A stretch of DNA of 64,000 bases from the human T2T-CHM13v2.0 reference genome, Homo sapiens (GCF_009914755.1 NC_060939.1); one strand, 5' to 3'; positions 1 through 17,905 are shown, counted from the stretch's first letter. Notes: a model not told the origin generated them from the letters alone. Numbers and translations: made by a program.

Positions 1-195
1 AAGTACTGGTTATCTGTATGTCCCCTTAACCAGTTTGTGAGCGCGGGGACTGGGGCTTTTTGCTACTATTTTCCATCACTTAGCACAATGCTGGATCAGG
101 GTGGACACTAACAAATTATTTTTGAATGAGTGGATGAGACCTGTTTTTATGATACTCACTACTGTATCAGAAAATAATACTACATCCATGGTATC

Positions 196-238
196 TGTAT
201 TAGGGTTTCCTAGAGGAACAGAATAGGATGGATGGATG

Positions 239-274
<36 letters not shown>

Positions 275-736
275 CATAGATACATAGATACATAGATACA
301 TAGACAGATAGATAGATACATAGATATATTTAGATAGATAGATAGATAGATAGATAGATACATAGATACATAGATACATAGATAGATAGGAGTTTACTAA
401 GTTTACACTTATATGATGACAGGGTCCCACAATAGGCTGTCCGCAAGCTTAAGGAGCAAGGACAGCCAGTCCGAGTCCCAAGGGAGTCCAATATTTGAGG
501 GCAGGAAGCGTCCAGCAGGGGAGAAAGATGTAGGCTGGGAGGCTAGGCCAGTCCCCACTTTTCACGTTTTTCTGCCTGCTTTATGTTGGCTGGCAGCTGA
601 TTAAATTATGCCCACCAGATGAAGGGTGGGTCTGCCCTCCCCAGCCCACTGACTCAACACCCTCACAGACACACCAAGGATCAATACTCTGCATCCTTCA
701 ATCCAATCAAATTGACACTCAGTATTAACCATCACA
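196..736 (-). mobile_element. MLT2A-type solo LTR (HERV-L)
   Basis: Minus strand begins TGTGATGGTTAATACTGAGTGTCAATTTGATTGGATTGAAGG (MLT2A start); TG...CA ends; 5-bp TSD GTATC at 191-195 and 737-741. Confidence 0.9.
227..388. repeat. Compound (GATG)n/(GATA)n/(GATACATA)n microsatellite inside the LTR
   Basis: Directly visible tetranucleotide arrays; source of spurious ORFs 76-363 and 200-430. Confidence 0.97.
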
Positions 737-2008
737 GTATCCCAACTAGACAGTTTTGTCAGGGTTAAGAGAAATGTATAATTAATATGGTTTCGTTTAA
801 AAAAAATCACTATGAGCATTTACTAAAATAAATTATATGTAAAAATTATAATAGATGAGATGCCAGTTATAGCAACATTTGTCTTTTAAAAGAACATCAC
901 TGAGCACTTGGAGGTGCATTTCACCTCCCACTACTTCATAGATGAACAGTTCCAACCTAACTCCATCCACGACTCTTGTTCCTCCTCATTGTCCTCACTC
1001 ACAGAGCCCAGGAGCCTCTCCATGTTTTTAGGAGACCTGGGCCATCTTGCTGCAACCACTGGGCCAGAGGCATCAGGGATGAGTAAAAAAGTGGCTCCTT
1101 CAGGATTCAATCCCTCTGTTTTTTTGTTTTTGTTTTTTTTTAGCTGCAACACACAGCACCACACTTCTTTATATCCCAGTTGTTTTCTTTGACATACTAA
1201 CCAGCAAAATCATACTTTCCTAATGTGATTTACTTGAACTGAGGCTAATGCTTAAATAAAGAGCGTCCACATGACCACCTCTTTTTATGTCCAAAAAGGA
1301 AAATCCACCATTCACCACAGTACCTCTCGATGCTTTTCGCCTAACTAGGAGCAGTCAGAAAAGTTACTTTAAAATCAATGGGTGATTACTAATTTATCTT
1401 TCCACTACCTCATCAAAATCTCTGGATATTCACAGTTTCCCTCTTCAACTTGTCTGTATTAAGCACTGAAAATAGAAACATTGTGCAGACAACATGGAAT
1501 TATAATCGTATAAACCTGAGTTTGAGCTTTAAAATTTACTCAACCTCTCTGAGATTCAGTTTACTTTGCTGGAAAAAAAATATCAACTTCATGAAGTTGA
1601 TACAGAGGATTATCACATATATAAAGCACCTAGCACTCAATAAATATTGGTACCATACTTCTTCCCCCACATACACTGGGGATTCAGTAAGGTCAGTCCC
1701 AAAGAAAGGCACCCAAACTCAAGTGCAAATAAACAGGAGACACCTCCTGATTCTAAAGGCTCAAAGCCATGCTTAAAATCTTTATAAAAGACCATGAGAA
1801 AATCCCTTTTCATGAAAATTAGATGGTTGAGCAGAGGAACCAGAGTGAGCGGACAGTCTGTGTGTCCATAACATCAAATGGTGGAAGGGCCTCAGATGAG
1901 CTCAGAATTTCAGGTGGACATAAACCAACAGCTGAAGTTCAGAAGACAGAGTCATGACAGTCCCATTTCAATCTACAGGACGCAAACCAGCTTATGTTGA
2001 TCCACAAA

Positions 2009-2121
2009 TAGGGTAACCAATTCACCCTAGTTCACTGGAACTCTCCTGGTTTTTGTACTAAAAATCCCATGTCCCAGAAAACTCCTTAGTCCTGGGAAAA
2101 CTAGGATGATTGGTGACCCCA
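2009..2121. mobile_element. MER81-like hAT MITE
   Basis: TAGGGTAACCAA...TTGGTGACCCCA terminal inverted repeats, ~113 bp, interior resembles MER81. Confidence 0.7.
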
Positions 2122-2189
2122 CGCAAGACAGTGAAGCACCTGGTTGGTGAACATCTATGGGCAGTTTCTGTCTGATGAGAAACCAATGG

Positions 2190-3000
2190 TGAGGATATGG
2201 AGAAAAACAGAACCTTTGAACACTGCTGGTGGGAATGTAAATTAGTGCAACCATTAGGGAAAACTGTATGAAGTTTCTCCAAAAAATTAAAAATAACACT
2301 ACCATATAATCCAGCAATCCCATTTCTGGGCATATACCCAAAGGATATAGTATGTCAAAGAGATGTCTGCAGTCCCCTGTTTATTGAAGCACTATCACAG
2401 TAGCCAAGATAGAATCAACCTAAGAGGTCACCACCAGAGGAATGGATAAAGAAATGTGGTATATACACAAGATAAAATACTTTTCAGCCTTTAGGAAGAA
2501 GAAAATCCGGTCATTTGTGATAACATGGATGAACCTGGAGGACCTTATGTTAAGTGAAATAAGCCAGACACAGAAAGACAGATACTACATAATCTCACTC
2601 ATATGTGGAATCTAAAAACGCTGATCTCATAGAGGCAGAGATTAGAATGGTGGTTACCACAGGCTGGCAGTTGGGGAGATATGGAGAAACAGGAGATGAT
2701 GGTCAAAGGGTACAAAGTTTCAGTTAGACAGGGGGAATAAATTCAAGAGCTCCATTTACAATATGCTGACCCGATTCTGTTAATCACAAGGTATTGTATT
2801 CTTGAAAATCGCCAAGGGAGTAAATTTAAGTGTTCTCACCACAAATAAATGACAAGCATGTGAAGTGATGTATATGTTAATAGCTTGATTTAGCCATTCC
2901 ACAATGTACACTTATTTCAAAACATCATATTGCACACAATAAATATATATAATTTTTAATCTGTCAACTTTTTAAATTAATCAAAATTTTTTAAAAAGAA
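2190..3000 (+). mobile_element. L1MA-type LINE-1 3' fragment
   Basis: ORF2 C-terminal and 3'UTR motifs, A-rich end; probable TSD AGAAA(C/A)CAATGG at about 2178 and 3000. Confidence 0.85.
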
Positions 3001-3077
3001 GAAAACAATGGCTACTGGTTGATCATCCCCTCTAATACCTAGAAGAGCTAATACCCTTCTAACTGAGTCTTATAATT

Positions 3078-3227
3078 CAATGGTTTACATCCATGGCTGT
3101 ACATTGGAATCCCCTAGGAAACTATCTCCAGAGATTCTGACTTAATTTTTCTCAGGTGGGACCTGGGTAGTTATTTTTAAAACATCTCTAGGTGATTTTA
3201 ATGTGTAGCCAGGGTTGAGAACCACTG
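3078..3227. mobile_element. MER5-type DNA transposon
   Basis: CCAGAGATTCTGA...GGTGATTTTAATGTG.AGCCAGGGTTGAGAACCACTG typical of MER5A/B. Confidence 0.75.
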
Positions 3228-4854
3228 TGCACATTTTTCTCAATAGTATTGTCTCCATATTCACCCTTCAGAAACTTTTAAATGACTTTTGAATATTAAA
3301 AGGGAGATTTAAGAATATAAAACACCCTCTTTTCACATGTGTAAGCAAAAATAGAATGCTTAGGAATGGAAAATGCTAACATTCATAATAAAACTGCCCA
3401 ACAAGTAAATTAAGAATGAATATACAAAAATGAGTTTTTGAGGAAAGCTGTCATAAACAAAGATCCTAGGAGTTATAAATTTGAATTATTATGTCCTTTA
3501 AAAGTTGTTATTTCATGAAGATAAGCTGTAAACCTATTTTAATGATGCTGTCATTGTAAAAAATTAAATTTATTAGAGAGAAATTGCCCCTTGTATCTGA
3601 GACAGATTCATTAAAATGTATCGAGTGTTCGAAAAGTTTTATCTTTGGTTGAGGATTTAACCTCCAGAATCAATAACATACCACTTTAAAGCATGTCAGG
3701 TGAGTTGGTAGTTAACCAAGTGGGTGCTCTCATTGTGGGATTAGGCCCAGTGTCTCCAAGGGGGTCCTGCTAAATACCATAGCCCCTCAGGAAGCGGCAT
3801 TCTGCCTGGCATGAGGCACAAACTAGTGCTTGAATTTAAATCAAGTATTAACATCATAGCAGATTACCGTACACGGTCTTGAAGGTCATCACCAAAGAAG
3901 AGATGAGGAACGGTTGGAGCAATGACGGCCTCACTGGAGTAACGGCACACCTTCCTAGACGGGCAGTGTTTGTGCAATATGTTTGTTACAAAGGTCATTT
4001 CAGTTTTTTTCTAAAGATGTTTGAATCAAAAGGGAGTGACTTATAGCAAAGGTATGATGGCACTACAAGAAGATGATGGTGAAGTCTTTGGAGTCTTCAC
4101 GGGGAAGCATCCATTACAGTGAACTGCCAAAATGTAGGTCTGACTTGTGGCTATGCAGGCTCAAAACCACAATTGCCAGCATGCTGAGAATGGGTCTGAG
4201 TCTCAAGGCTGGACTCCCATTAGCCAAGATTATGAGAATGATATACAACACTGGAATGCCAAGTAGTTACATTACAAAGAGAAGCATAACCATGGTAGGG
4301 CCCAGAGGCCTCTGGTAGTTAGGACCAGCACACTTTCTCCCAGAAAGCAAACCTAGGTGGGAAATTGAATCACCATCAGAAGACAGCTTGCTAAGCAGGA
4401 ACTCAAGATCAGGTGGATGAGTTAAGGCCTCAGTGGCACTCAGTTGGGATAGCCTAAAGACTTCTCACCATAGAGAGAGCCCTTCAGTGGGAATGCAACA
4501 AAGTCCAAAAGCCAGGATTCTCCCTTCTCCCCTGTTTTGGGGTGGAAATGGCCTCTCTGCCTGTCTTTTAATTTGTATTTCCATGACTGACCAGCCTTTT
4601 TTCTAACTGACATATTCTTTCTTTATCTATGTTAATACATTCGATCATATTATACAGAGTCTTTAAAGCCTTAAATCCAGTCGTTCTTTTTCAAATGATT
4701 TTGCACTGCTTTGTTCTGGACCATTATGAATTGACCTTATTGTTTAAGTTTTACTTCCCTGTTTTTCAAGTTTATGAAGTTCTGGAGATGTACCTAGCCC
4801 ATTATGTTCTGACAACACTTTAGTATTCCATGTAATAAAAAATTCTGAAGGAAA

Positions 4855-5040
4855 ATTTATTCATTCATTTATTCAACAAATATTAATTGTGCCAGGTACT
4901 TTTCTTAATGCTCTCAATTTCAGTGGTAAACAAAACAGATAAGGTCCCAAACTTCATGTGGTTTGCATTCTAGCTGAAAGACAGAAAACAAATGAGGGAA
5001 TAAATAGTTACATAAAATAATTTCGTATAGTAATAAAGAG
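4855..5040 (-). mobile_element. L2 3' fragment
   Basis: ATTCATTCATTTATTCAACAAATATT...GTGCCAGG...AACAAAACAGATAAGGTCCC antisense L2 tail. Confidence 0.65.
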
Positions 5041-6140
5041 AAAAGAAAATGAGTAAAATTAGGAAAACTCCTATTAAAATGTTCATTTGTAAATAAGAGA
5101 AGATCGTCACCTCTGGGAGACTTTAAAGTATATCTTACATGGCCCCAAAATGACTCAAAATATCATTGTCAAAATAGAAAAATGAAAGGGAAGGTCCCCC
5201 TCAAAAGAATACAGAGTAATATGAGATCAGGGTCTTTGGAAATTCATGTACTCATGATGATGAGAAAAAGACCTGTGTGGTTCTGCAGTCCCAAAAATCT
5301 ATGCCAGTGAATTTCTGCCAGTGCTGCTTGTATTTCTGACAGTTTCCTCAGGATCTATGGCCTTAAATGTTGCATGGAGAAGGAGGAAAATGGAATTACT
5401 TCTTTCTGCCATACCTGCATTTAATATCTAGCAGCAATGTCCCAGATTTTTACTTTGGGTTTTGCAAAAGTAATATCTCACTGTAAGGGGTGAACAAGAA
5501 TGAAGGCAAGAACTACCTGAGTGCCTGAAAATAGACCTACCATATTTAGCCTAAAACATTGGAAAGTAGCAGCCAGAAGTAATTATAATCATTATAGCAT
5601 GTATCATTTATTGAATATCCACTATATCTTACATACTGAAGAGGCATTTTGCATATTTTACCCAAATAAATTCTAAGGTTCAGTAGGACCTGATCTCCAG
5701 ACAAAGTCACATTCAAAGAAATAAAATCCAGTAGTCAAAAGAAATTAAAAAATAGTTCTTTACTTTCATTTTGAAATAAGCCTCTTTAAAATTCTCTTTT
5801 TTCACCTCTTTATTCTCATATATCTTCTGCAGATCTAGAGCCTCTCACCCATGCTTCGCCCTCCGTTTCTACCCAGAATGCACTGAAAACCTACCACCAC
5901 CACTGGGATAGACTGTTTTCTTACCCCCTTCTTCCTTTTTTTTTCTGGTCCTCTCTAATCATTCTCCTAATTCTAAATCACAAACATCCATAGAGTCAGA
6001 TGAGCAAATCCAGCAGTCATCTTATAAGACGGGGAATGGGTGAAATTGGAAAGACAAAGACAATATTATCTTTACTTGGTTGGGATGAGAGAAAGTAGCA
6101 GGAAGGAGAAAGGCTGAGAACATCCACATGTTAACGGACA

Positions 6141-6600
6141 TGATAGATGACTACAGTAATAGCCCAAATAAACGCCTTCCCTGTTTCCAGCCTCATTGCA
6201 ATAGGACATGCCTGTCTTTGCATCTGGGCTGGGCTTGTGATTTCTCTGGATCACAGAAATAATATTGTGGCAGAAATAATGTGCAAATTCTGAAACCTTG
6301 CCCCAAGCAGCTTCTGTTTTTGCTTCTTGGGAAACTGGGACCATCGTGTTGTGAAGATATATAATCTAGTCTGTTGGCGGATGAGAGACCATGTGGAGGA
6401 GAACGAAGGCATCCCAACCATCAGCCAGCACCTGTGACCCAATATGAGGGTGGGGTCATCTTGGACTCTCCAGCCTCTGTTGAGCCATCAGAAGATGCAG
6501 TCACATGAAGGATGCCAGGCAAGACCTGAAGAAAAAATTGACTAGATTGCCAAACCCCAAAATTGAAATTATTGTTTTGGGTGGTTTATAATGAAGCAAA
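6141..6600 (+). mobile_element. MLT1 (MaLR) LTR, F/G/H-like
   Basis: GGATGAGAGACCATGTGGAGGAGAAC...CATCTTGGAC..CCAGCC motifs. Confidence 0.65.
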
Positions 6601-6909
6601 TATCTTTCATATATAAATCATCAGCTCATATAATTCTTACAACACAAAGTAGGTTATCCTTACTTTATAAATGAGAAACTAAAGTTCTAGAAAATTAAGT
6701 ATTTTGTTCAAGGCCAAAGAATTTCCAAGTAGTAAAACCAGCACTGCTGTCCTGGTCTGATTTAAAATCTCATTTTTACTTGGTCCTTTGGCTCCATCTC
6801 TGTGAAATTCATGAGTAATATCTATGGAGAATCATTTTTTCTGTTAACCTCATAGGAACTGTTCATTCAAAACAGTATCTTCCCCTACATCTTGCACTTC
6901 CCAGTGTCT

Positions 6910-9900
6910 TTTTAAATTTACTATTATTTATTATTACTTTATTTATATTTTTTCTTTTTTATTGATACATAATAGTTGTACATATTTATAGGGTACATGT
7001 GATTATTTTGATACATGCAGACAACGTGTAATGATGTAATCAGGGTAATTAGGATTTCTGTCATTCAAACATTGATTATTTCTTTATCTTGGGAACATTT
7101 CAAATCTTCTCTTCTAGCTACTTTAAAATAAACAATAAATCATTGTTAACTACAGTCACCCTACTGTGCTATCAAATACTAGAACTTATTTCTTCTATTC
7201 AACTGTATATTTGTACCTATTAACCAACATCTCTTCATCTCCCTGCTTCCCAGCCTCTGATAACTATCATTCTACTCCCTGCCTCCATGAGATCAACTTT
7301 TTTAGCTCCCACATACGAGCAAGAACATGTGGTATTTGTCTTTCTGTGCCTGGCTTGTTTCACTTAACATAAGGACCCCCAGTTCTACCCATGTTCCTGC
7401 AAGTGACAGAATTTCATTCCTTTTATTGAATGAATAATATTCCATTGTGAATATATACCACATTTTCTTTGTCTATTATATATTGATAGACACTTGATTT
7501 TATATCTTGCCTATTGTGAATAGTGCTACAATAAATATGGGGGTGCCAAATATTCCTTCAATATACTAATTTCCTTTCCTTTTGATAAATACCCAGTAGT
7601 GGGGCTGCTGGATCATATGGTAGTTCTATTTGCAGTTTTCTGAGAAACCCCTTTACTAGTATTCACAGTGGCTGTACTAATTTACATTCCCATCAACGGT
7701 GTATAAGAGTTTCCTTTTCTCTGCATCCTTGCCATCTTTTGTTATTTTTTTATCTTTGGATAGTAGCCATTGTAACTGAGGTGAGATGATATCTCATTGC
7801 GGTTTCAATTTGCATTTCCCTAGTGATTTGTGATGTCAAGCATTTGTTCATATACTTGTTGGCCATTTGTATATCTTCTTTTGAGAAATGTGTATTCAGA
7901 TCCTTTGCTCACTTTTTAATGAAATTATTTGTTGGGTTTTTATTTATTTATTCACTTTTTGCTGTTGAGTTGTTTGAATTCCTTATGTAGTCTGGACATT
8001 AGTACTGTGTTGAATGAATAGTTTGCAAATTTTTTTTCCATCTTACAGGTTGTCTCTTCACTTTTTAATTGTTTTCTTTGCTGTGCAGAAGCTTTTCAGC
8101 TTGATGTAATCTCATTTGTCTATTTTTGCTCTGGTTGCCTATGCTTTTGCAGTCCTACAGAAAAAAATCTCGACCCAGACCAATGTCCTGGAGTATTTAC
8201 CCAATGTTTTCTTTAGTATTTTTATTATCAGATCTTAAATTTCAGCTTTCAATCCATTTTGATTTGATTTTTGGTGTGGTCTAGTTTTATTCTTCTGCAG
8301 GTGGGTATCAAGTTTTCCCAGCACCATTTATGGAAGAGCATGTCCTTTCCCCAGTGTATGTTCTAGGTGCCTTTGTCAAATGTCAGTTTTCTATAAATAC
8401 ATGGATTTATTTCTGAGTTCTCTATTCAGTGTATGTTGTAGGCACCCTTGTCAAATATCAGTTTCCTGTAAATACATGGATTTATTTCTGAGTTCTCTAT
8501 TCTGTTCTATTGGTCTATGCATCTTTTTATACTGTTTTGGTTACTATAGCTTTGTAATATATTTTGAAGTCAAATAACGTGATGCTCCTAACTTTGTTCT
8601 TTTTGCTCAGTATTGCTTTGGCTATTCAGGGACTTTTGTGGTTCCAGACAAATTTCAGGACAGTTTTTTTCTGTTTCTTTGAAGAATGTCTTTGCTATTT
8701 TGATAGAGATTGCACTGAATTTGTAGATTGCTTTGGGGAATATGGTCATTTGAACAATTTTAATTCTTCTGATCCATAAGCATCTAGTCTTTCCATTTGT
8801 TTGTATCCTCTTCCATTTCTTCAATCAGTGTTCTGTAGTTTTCCTTGTAGAGGTCTTTCACCTCCTTGCTTATATTTATTTCTAGGTATTTTACTTTTGC
8901 AGTTATTATAAATTGGACTTTTTTCTTGATTTCTTTTTCAGCTGGTTCATTATTGGTATACGGAAATCCTATTGCTTTTTGAATGTTGATTTTGTATACT
9001 GTAACTTTGCTAAATTTGTTTACCATTTCTAAGAGTTTTGGTGGAGTCTTTAGGTTTTCTATATTTAAGATAGTGTCATCTGCAAAGAGAGACAATTTGA
9101 CTTTCTCTTTTCTAATTTGGATGCCTTATATTTCTTTCTCTTGTCTGATTGCTCTGGTTAGGACTTCCGGTACTATGTTGAGCAGGAGTAGTAAAAGTGG
9201 GCATTCTCATCTTAAAAAAAAAAAAAAAAGACAAGCTCTTAGACAAAGCTCTTAGAAAAAAAGACTTTCAGCTTTGCCTCATTCAGTATGATTCTAGCTG
9301 TGGATTTTTCATACATGGTTTTCATAATGTTGAGGCATGCTCCTTCTATGCCTAATTTGTTGAGATTTTTTTAATCACAAAAAGATGTTGAATTTTATCA
9401 TATGATTTTTCTGCATCTATTGAGATGATCATATGGTTTTTGTCCCTCATTCTGTTGATGTGATGTATCACATTTATGGATTTGCATATGTTGAACCATC
9501 CTTGCATCCCTGGGATGAATTCCACTTGATCATAGTGTAATTATCTTTTTGATGGGTGTTGGATTCAGTTTGCTAGCATTTTGTTGAGGATTTTTGCATC
9601 AGGGATATTGGCCTGTAGTTTTCTTTTTTGTTGTCTTTTTGTCTGGTTTTAGTATTACAGTAGTACTGGCCTTGTAGAATGAGTGAGGAAGAACTCCCAC
9701 CTCTTCAATTTTTTGGAATAGTTTGAGAAGAATTGATATTAGTTCTTTGTAAGTTTGATAGAATTCAGCAGTAAAGCCATCTAGTCATGAGATTGGGAGA
9801 CTTTTATTACTAATTCAATCTTGTTACTGGTTCTTGGTCTGTTCAGGTTTTCTATTTCTTCCTGGCTCACTCTTTGGAGGTTGTATATGTTCAGCAATTT

Positions 9901-10660
9901 ATCTATTTCCTCTAAGTTTTTCAATTTGTTACCATATAGTTGCTCATAATAGTCTCTAAAGACCCTTTGAGTTTCTGTGCTATCAGTTGTAATGTCACCT
10001 TTTTCATTTCTGACTTTATTTATTTGAGCCTTCTCTCTTTTTTTCTTGGTTAGTCTAGCTGGTGGTTTAAATTTTTTTCCCAAAAAGCCAACTTTTCATT
10101 TCAGTGATTTTTTTTTTTACCGCTTTTTATCTCTATGTCTTTTATTTCTTCTCTGATCTTTATTATTTGTTTCCTCCTACCAGTTTTGGGTTTGATATAC
10201 ATTTTTAGGTGGTTTATTTGAAATCTTTCTACAGTTTTGATGTAGGCATTATTGCTACAAACTTCCCTCTTAGAACTGTGTTTTCTGTATCCCATAGGTT
10301 TTGGTTTGTTGTGTTTTCATTTTTGCTTCAATAAATATTTTTTTTCTTAATTTCTTTATTGACCCAGTGGTCATTCAGGAGCCTGTTATTTAATTTCCAA
10401 GTATTTGTTCAGTTTCCAAAGTTTCTCTTATTAGTGATTTCAAGTTTTATTCCATGTGGTCTGAGAAGATACTTGATATAATTTTTATTTTTGAAAGTTT
10501 GTTGAAATTTGTTTTGTGGCCTAACATGTAGTCAATCCTGGAGAAAGTTTCACATACTGATGAGAAGAATGTGTTTTCTGCAGCTGTTGGATAAAATGTT
10601 CTATAATTGTCTGTTAGGTCCATTTGGTCTAAAGTTCAATTTAAATCCACTTTTTGTTGA
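6910..10660 (-). mobile_element. L1MA (about L1MA2-4) 5'-truncated LINE-1, decayed ORF2
   Basis: T-rich tail at ~6910-6960; minus-strand ORF fragments SLFADDTIL..., [31 protein letters not shown]. Confidence 0.93.
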
Positions 10661-11019
10661 TTTGTTGGTAAACAGCTTCAGCACAATCCAGAAAATTGAA
10701 CTCACATTCAGATGTTCCAGGGATGTTTCTGCTTTCTTGTGATGCCCTATTTATTGGCCATTGTTATGGCAGACCATGTTCCAGGAAGCACCATTCACAT
10801 CACCTCATCCAGAGCTAGAAGGAATCCCAAAAGGCCTCTACTCCAACTTCCTTCTCTAAATAAGCCTCTCTCTCCTGACGGCCCATGGAGGGTGACCCGG
10901 ATAGAGTGCTGGCATCATGGCTCTGGTGTTGCAAAGCAGCTCAAATTAAGAATGGATTTCTACCTGGGTCAGCTCAGGGCAGGGCCCCCCAGGGGAGGGC
11001 AAGCCAAATCGGGAAGGAG

Positions 11020-11300
11020 AACAAGTATGGCCCAAAGGCCAAAAGCATGGGTTCCAGCATCAAGTACGCTGGGTGTGATTCCCAGCCCTACCCAGCACAA
11101 GTCATACCACCTTGGATAATCTTCATAATCTTCCTGTGCCTCACTTTCCTCATCTACGTTTCCTCATCTAGGTAATCTTTCCATGCCAGTTTTCTCATCT
11201 AAATATAATGTGTCCTCGAAGAGTTGTAAGAAACACATATGTTAATGTAGATAAAACTCTTAGCACAGTGCCCAGCACATTAAAATGTTCAACGAAGAGA
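11020..11300 (+). mobile_element. MIR SINE fragments
   Basis: CTGTGCCTCACTTTCCTCATCT and AAAACTCTTAGCACAGTGCCCAGCACAT core motifs. Confidence 0.6.
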
Positions 11301-11399
11301 AGCTTTGGCTTAGCTTAGCATAATTACCTACTACTCTCTAGGAAATGCCAAAGTTCAGATACCAAGAAGATGAAATATAAATGCTGAATCTGGATGACA

Positions 11400-11820
11400 A
11401 GGGGAGAATGGATGTCAGGATAGTGAAATCTCCAAGAGGGGATTTTCAGCAAAAAACCCGATCTCAGTTTTGTGTTTTAAATAAAACACTCAGCAAGCTA
11501 TAAGAGTAGATTAGATGAGAGAAAAGGAGACCGAGTGCATCCAATTGAGTGACAGGGAAGGCTTGAAGCAGAAATAGAGATGAAAGGAGAGTTTAGAGAG
11601 TGGAGTAAGGGATGGATTGGCCTGGTGATGATGACAGGCAGGTTAGGGAAAAGGAGGAACTTCCATTTCTGGTGTGGGCAGCTAGACAGTGAGGCTGTGG
11701 GAGGCACAGGAAAGTTGAAGGTGGGTATGATGAGGAAAGTTCAGGACATGGTAGGAGAGGATGCATGGTAGGTGGTTGGGGAGGTGAGTCTGGAGCGCTG
11801 GAGGCAGAATCAGGAGTCAC
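11400..11820 (-). mobile_element. L2 fragment
   Basis: Purine-rich antisense L2-like sequence, degenerate. Confidence 0.45.
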
Positions 11821-13211
11821 CATGCCCCCAAATTTTTTGGCACCAGGGACTGGATTCATGGAAAACATGCCCTTGTGCTACCTGGCACATCCAGGGGCAC
11901 ATCCCTCTGACAACCAGCCATCATGCTTCCTCCTTCAGAAGCGAAAGCTTTCACCAGCCAATCTCAATCACAATAGAGCGCTGAGTTCTGAAAAACTGGC
12001 AAAAGGTAAAAGAGGTTTTTTGGAGTAAATGAGGAGGTGACAAACAGCAGCTGCTGGAAAGATAATAGCTTTCTGTGGCACTGAATGGAATCTCATAGAA
12101 ATTAAAAGTAGGCAAGTATTTCAGAACCACAGCAGGGCCTCTCAAGATAGCAGTAAATATGATAGACAGTCAAAAAAATTACAAAAGCAAGACTCCATTT
12201 TAGGATGAACTTTTTTTCCTGTAAAATAAATTAGTTTCCATTATTGTGTATATGAGAAGATTTATTAAATGACCAAAAAATGAGAAGACAGAGAGAACTG
12301 TAAAACACAGTTTCATACAAACACTAAAATTATTAACATTTTAGGTTTTTCTATGCCAAATTGTAAAGACCATCGATGCTAGGAAGAAACTGCATAAACT
12401 AATGAGCAAAATAACAAGCTAACATCATAATGACAGGATCAAATTCACACATAACAATATTAACCATAAAGTAAATGGGCTAAATGCTCCAATTAAAAGA
12501 CACAGACTGGCAAAATGGATAAAGAGTCAAGACCCATCAGTGTGCTGTATTCAGGAGACCCATCTCACATGCAGAGACACACATAGGCTCAAAATAAAGG
12601 GATGGAGGAAGATCTACCAAGCAAATGGAAAACAAAAAAAGGCAGGGGTTGCAATCCTAGTCTCTGATAAAACAGACTTTAAACCAACAAAGATCAAAAG
12701 AGACAAAGAAGGCCATTACATAATGGTAAAGGGATCAATTCAACAAGAAGAGCTAACTATCCTAAATGTATATACACCCAATACAGGAGCACCCAGATTC
12801 ATAAAGCAAGTCCTTAGAGACCTACAAAGAGACTTAGACTCCCACACATTAATAATGGGAGACTTTAACACCCCACTGTCAACATTAAACAGATCAACGA
12901 GAGAGAAAGTTAACAAGGATATCCAGGAATTGAACTCAGCTCTGCACCAAGCAGACCTAATAGACATCCACAGAACTCTCCACCCCAAATCAACAGAATA
13001 TACATTCTTCTCAGCACCACATCACACTTATTCCAAAATTGACCACATAGTTGGAAGTAAAGCACTCTTCAACAAATGTAAAAGAACAGAAATTATAACA
13101 AACTGTCTCTCAGACCACAGTGCAATCAAACTAGAACTCAGGATTAAGAAACTCACTCAAAACCGCTCAACTACCTGGAAACTGAACAACCTGCTCCTGA
13201 ATGACTACTAG

Positions 13212-15006
<1,795 letters not shown>

Positions 15007-15232
15007 TAAGCCAAAAGAACAAAGCTGGAGGCATCACGCTACCTGACTTCAAACTATACTACAAGGCTACAGTAACCAAAACAGCATGGTACTGGTACCA
15101 AAACAGAGATATAGATCAATGGAACAGAACAGAGCCCTCAGAAATAATGCCGCATATCTACAACTATCTGATCTTTGACAAACCTGACAAAAACAAGAAA
15201 TGGGGAAAGGATTCCCTATTTAACAAATGGTG

Positions 15233-17042
<1,810 letters not shown>

Positions 17043-17823
17043 TCAAAAGAAGACATTTATGCAGCCAAAAGACACATGAAAAAATGCTCATCATCACTGG
17101 CCATCAGAGAAATGCAAATCAAAACCACAATGAGATGCCATCTCACACTAGTTAGAATGGTGATCATTAAAAAGTCAGGAAACAACAGGTGCTGGAGAGG
17201 ATGTGGAGAAATAGGAACACTTCTACACTGTTGGTGGGACTGTAAACTAGTTCAACCATTGTGGAAGACAGTGTGGCGATTCCTCAGGGATCTAGAACTA
17301 GAAATAGCATTTGACCCAGCCATCCCATTACTGGGTATATACCCAAAGGATTATAAATCATGCTGCTATAAAGACACATGCACACGTATCTTTATTGCAG
17401 CACTATTCACAATAGCAAAGACTTGGAACCAACCCAAATGTCCATCAATGATAGACTGGATTAAGAAAATGTGGCACATATACACCATGGAATACTATGC
17501 AGCCATAAAAAACGATGAGTTCATGTCCTTTGTAGGGACATGGATGAAGCTGGAAACCATCATTCTCAGCAAACTATCGCCAGGACAAAAAACCAAACAC
17601 CACATGTTCTCACTCATAGGTGGGAATTGAACAATGAGAACACTTGGACACAGGAAGGGGAACATCACACACCAGGGCCTGTTGTGGGGTGGAGGGAGGG
17701 GTAAGGGATAGCATTAGGAGATATACCTAATGTAAATGACGAGTTAATGGGTGCAGCACACCAACATGGCACATGTATACATATGTAACAAACCTGCACA
17801 TTGTGCACATGTGCCCTAGAACT

Positions 17824-17905
17824 TAAAGTATAATATATATATTATACTTTATATATATATATATAAAGTATATATATATATATAAAGTATAATATATATA
17901 TATAA

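Noticed and set aside
76-430. YLSI-repeat ORFs, and similar ORFs at 17842, 32929 and 45147
   Set aside because: Translations of microsatellites.
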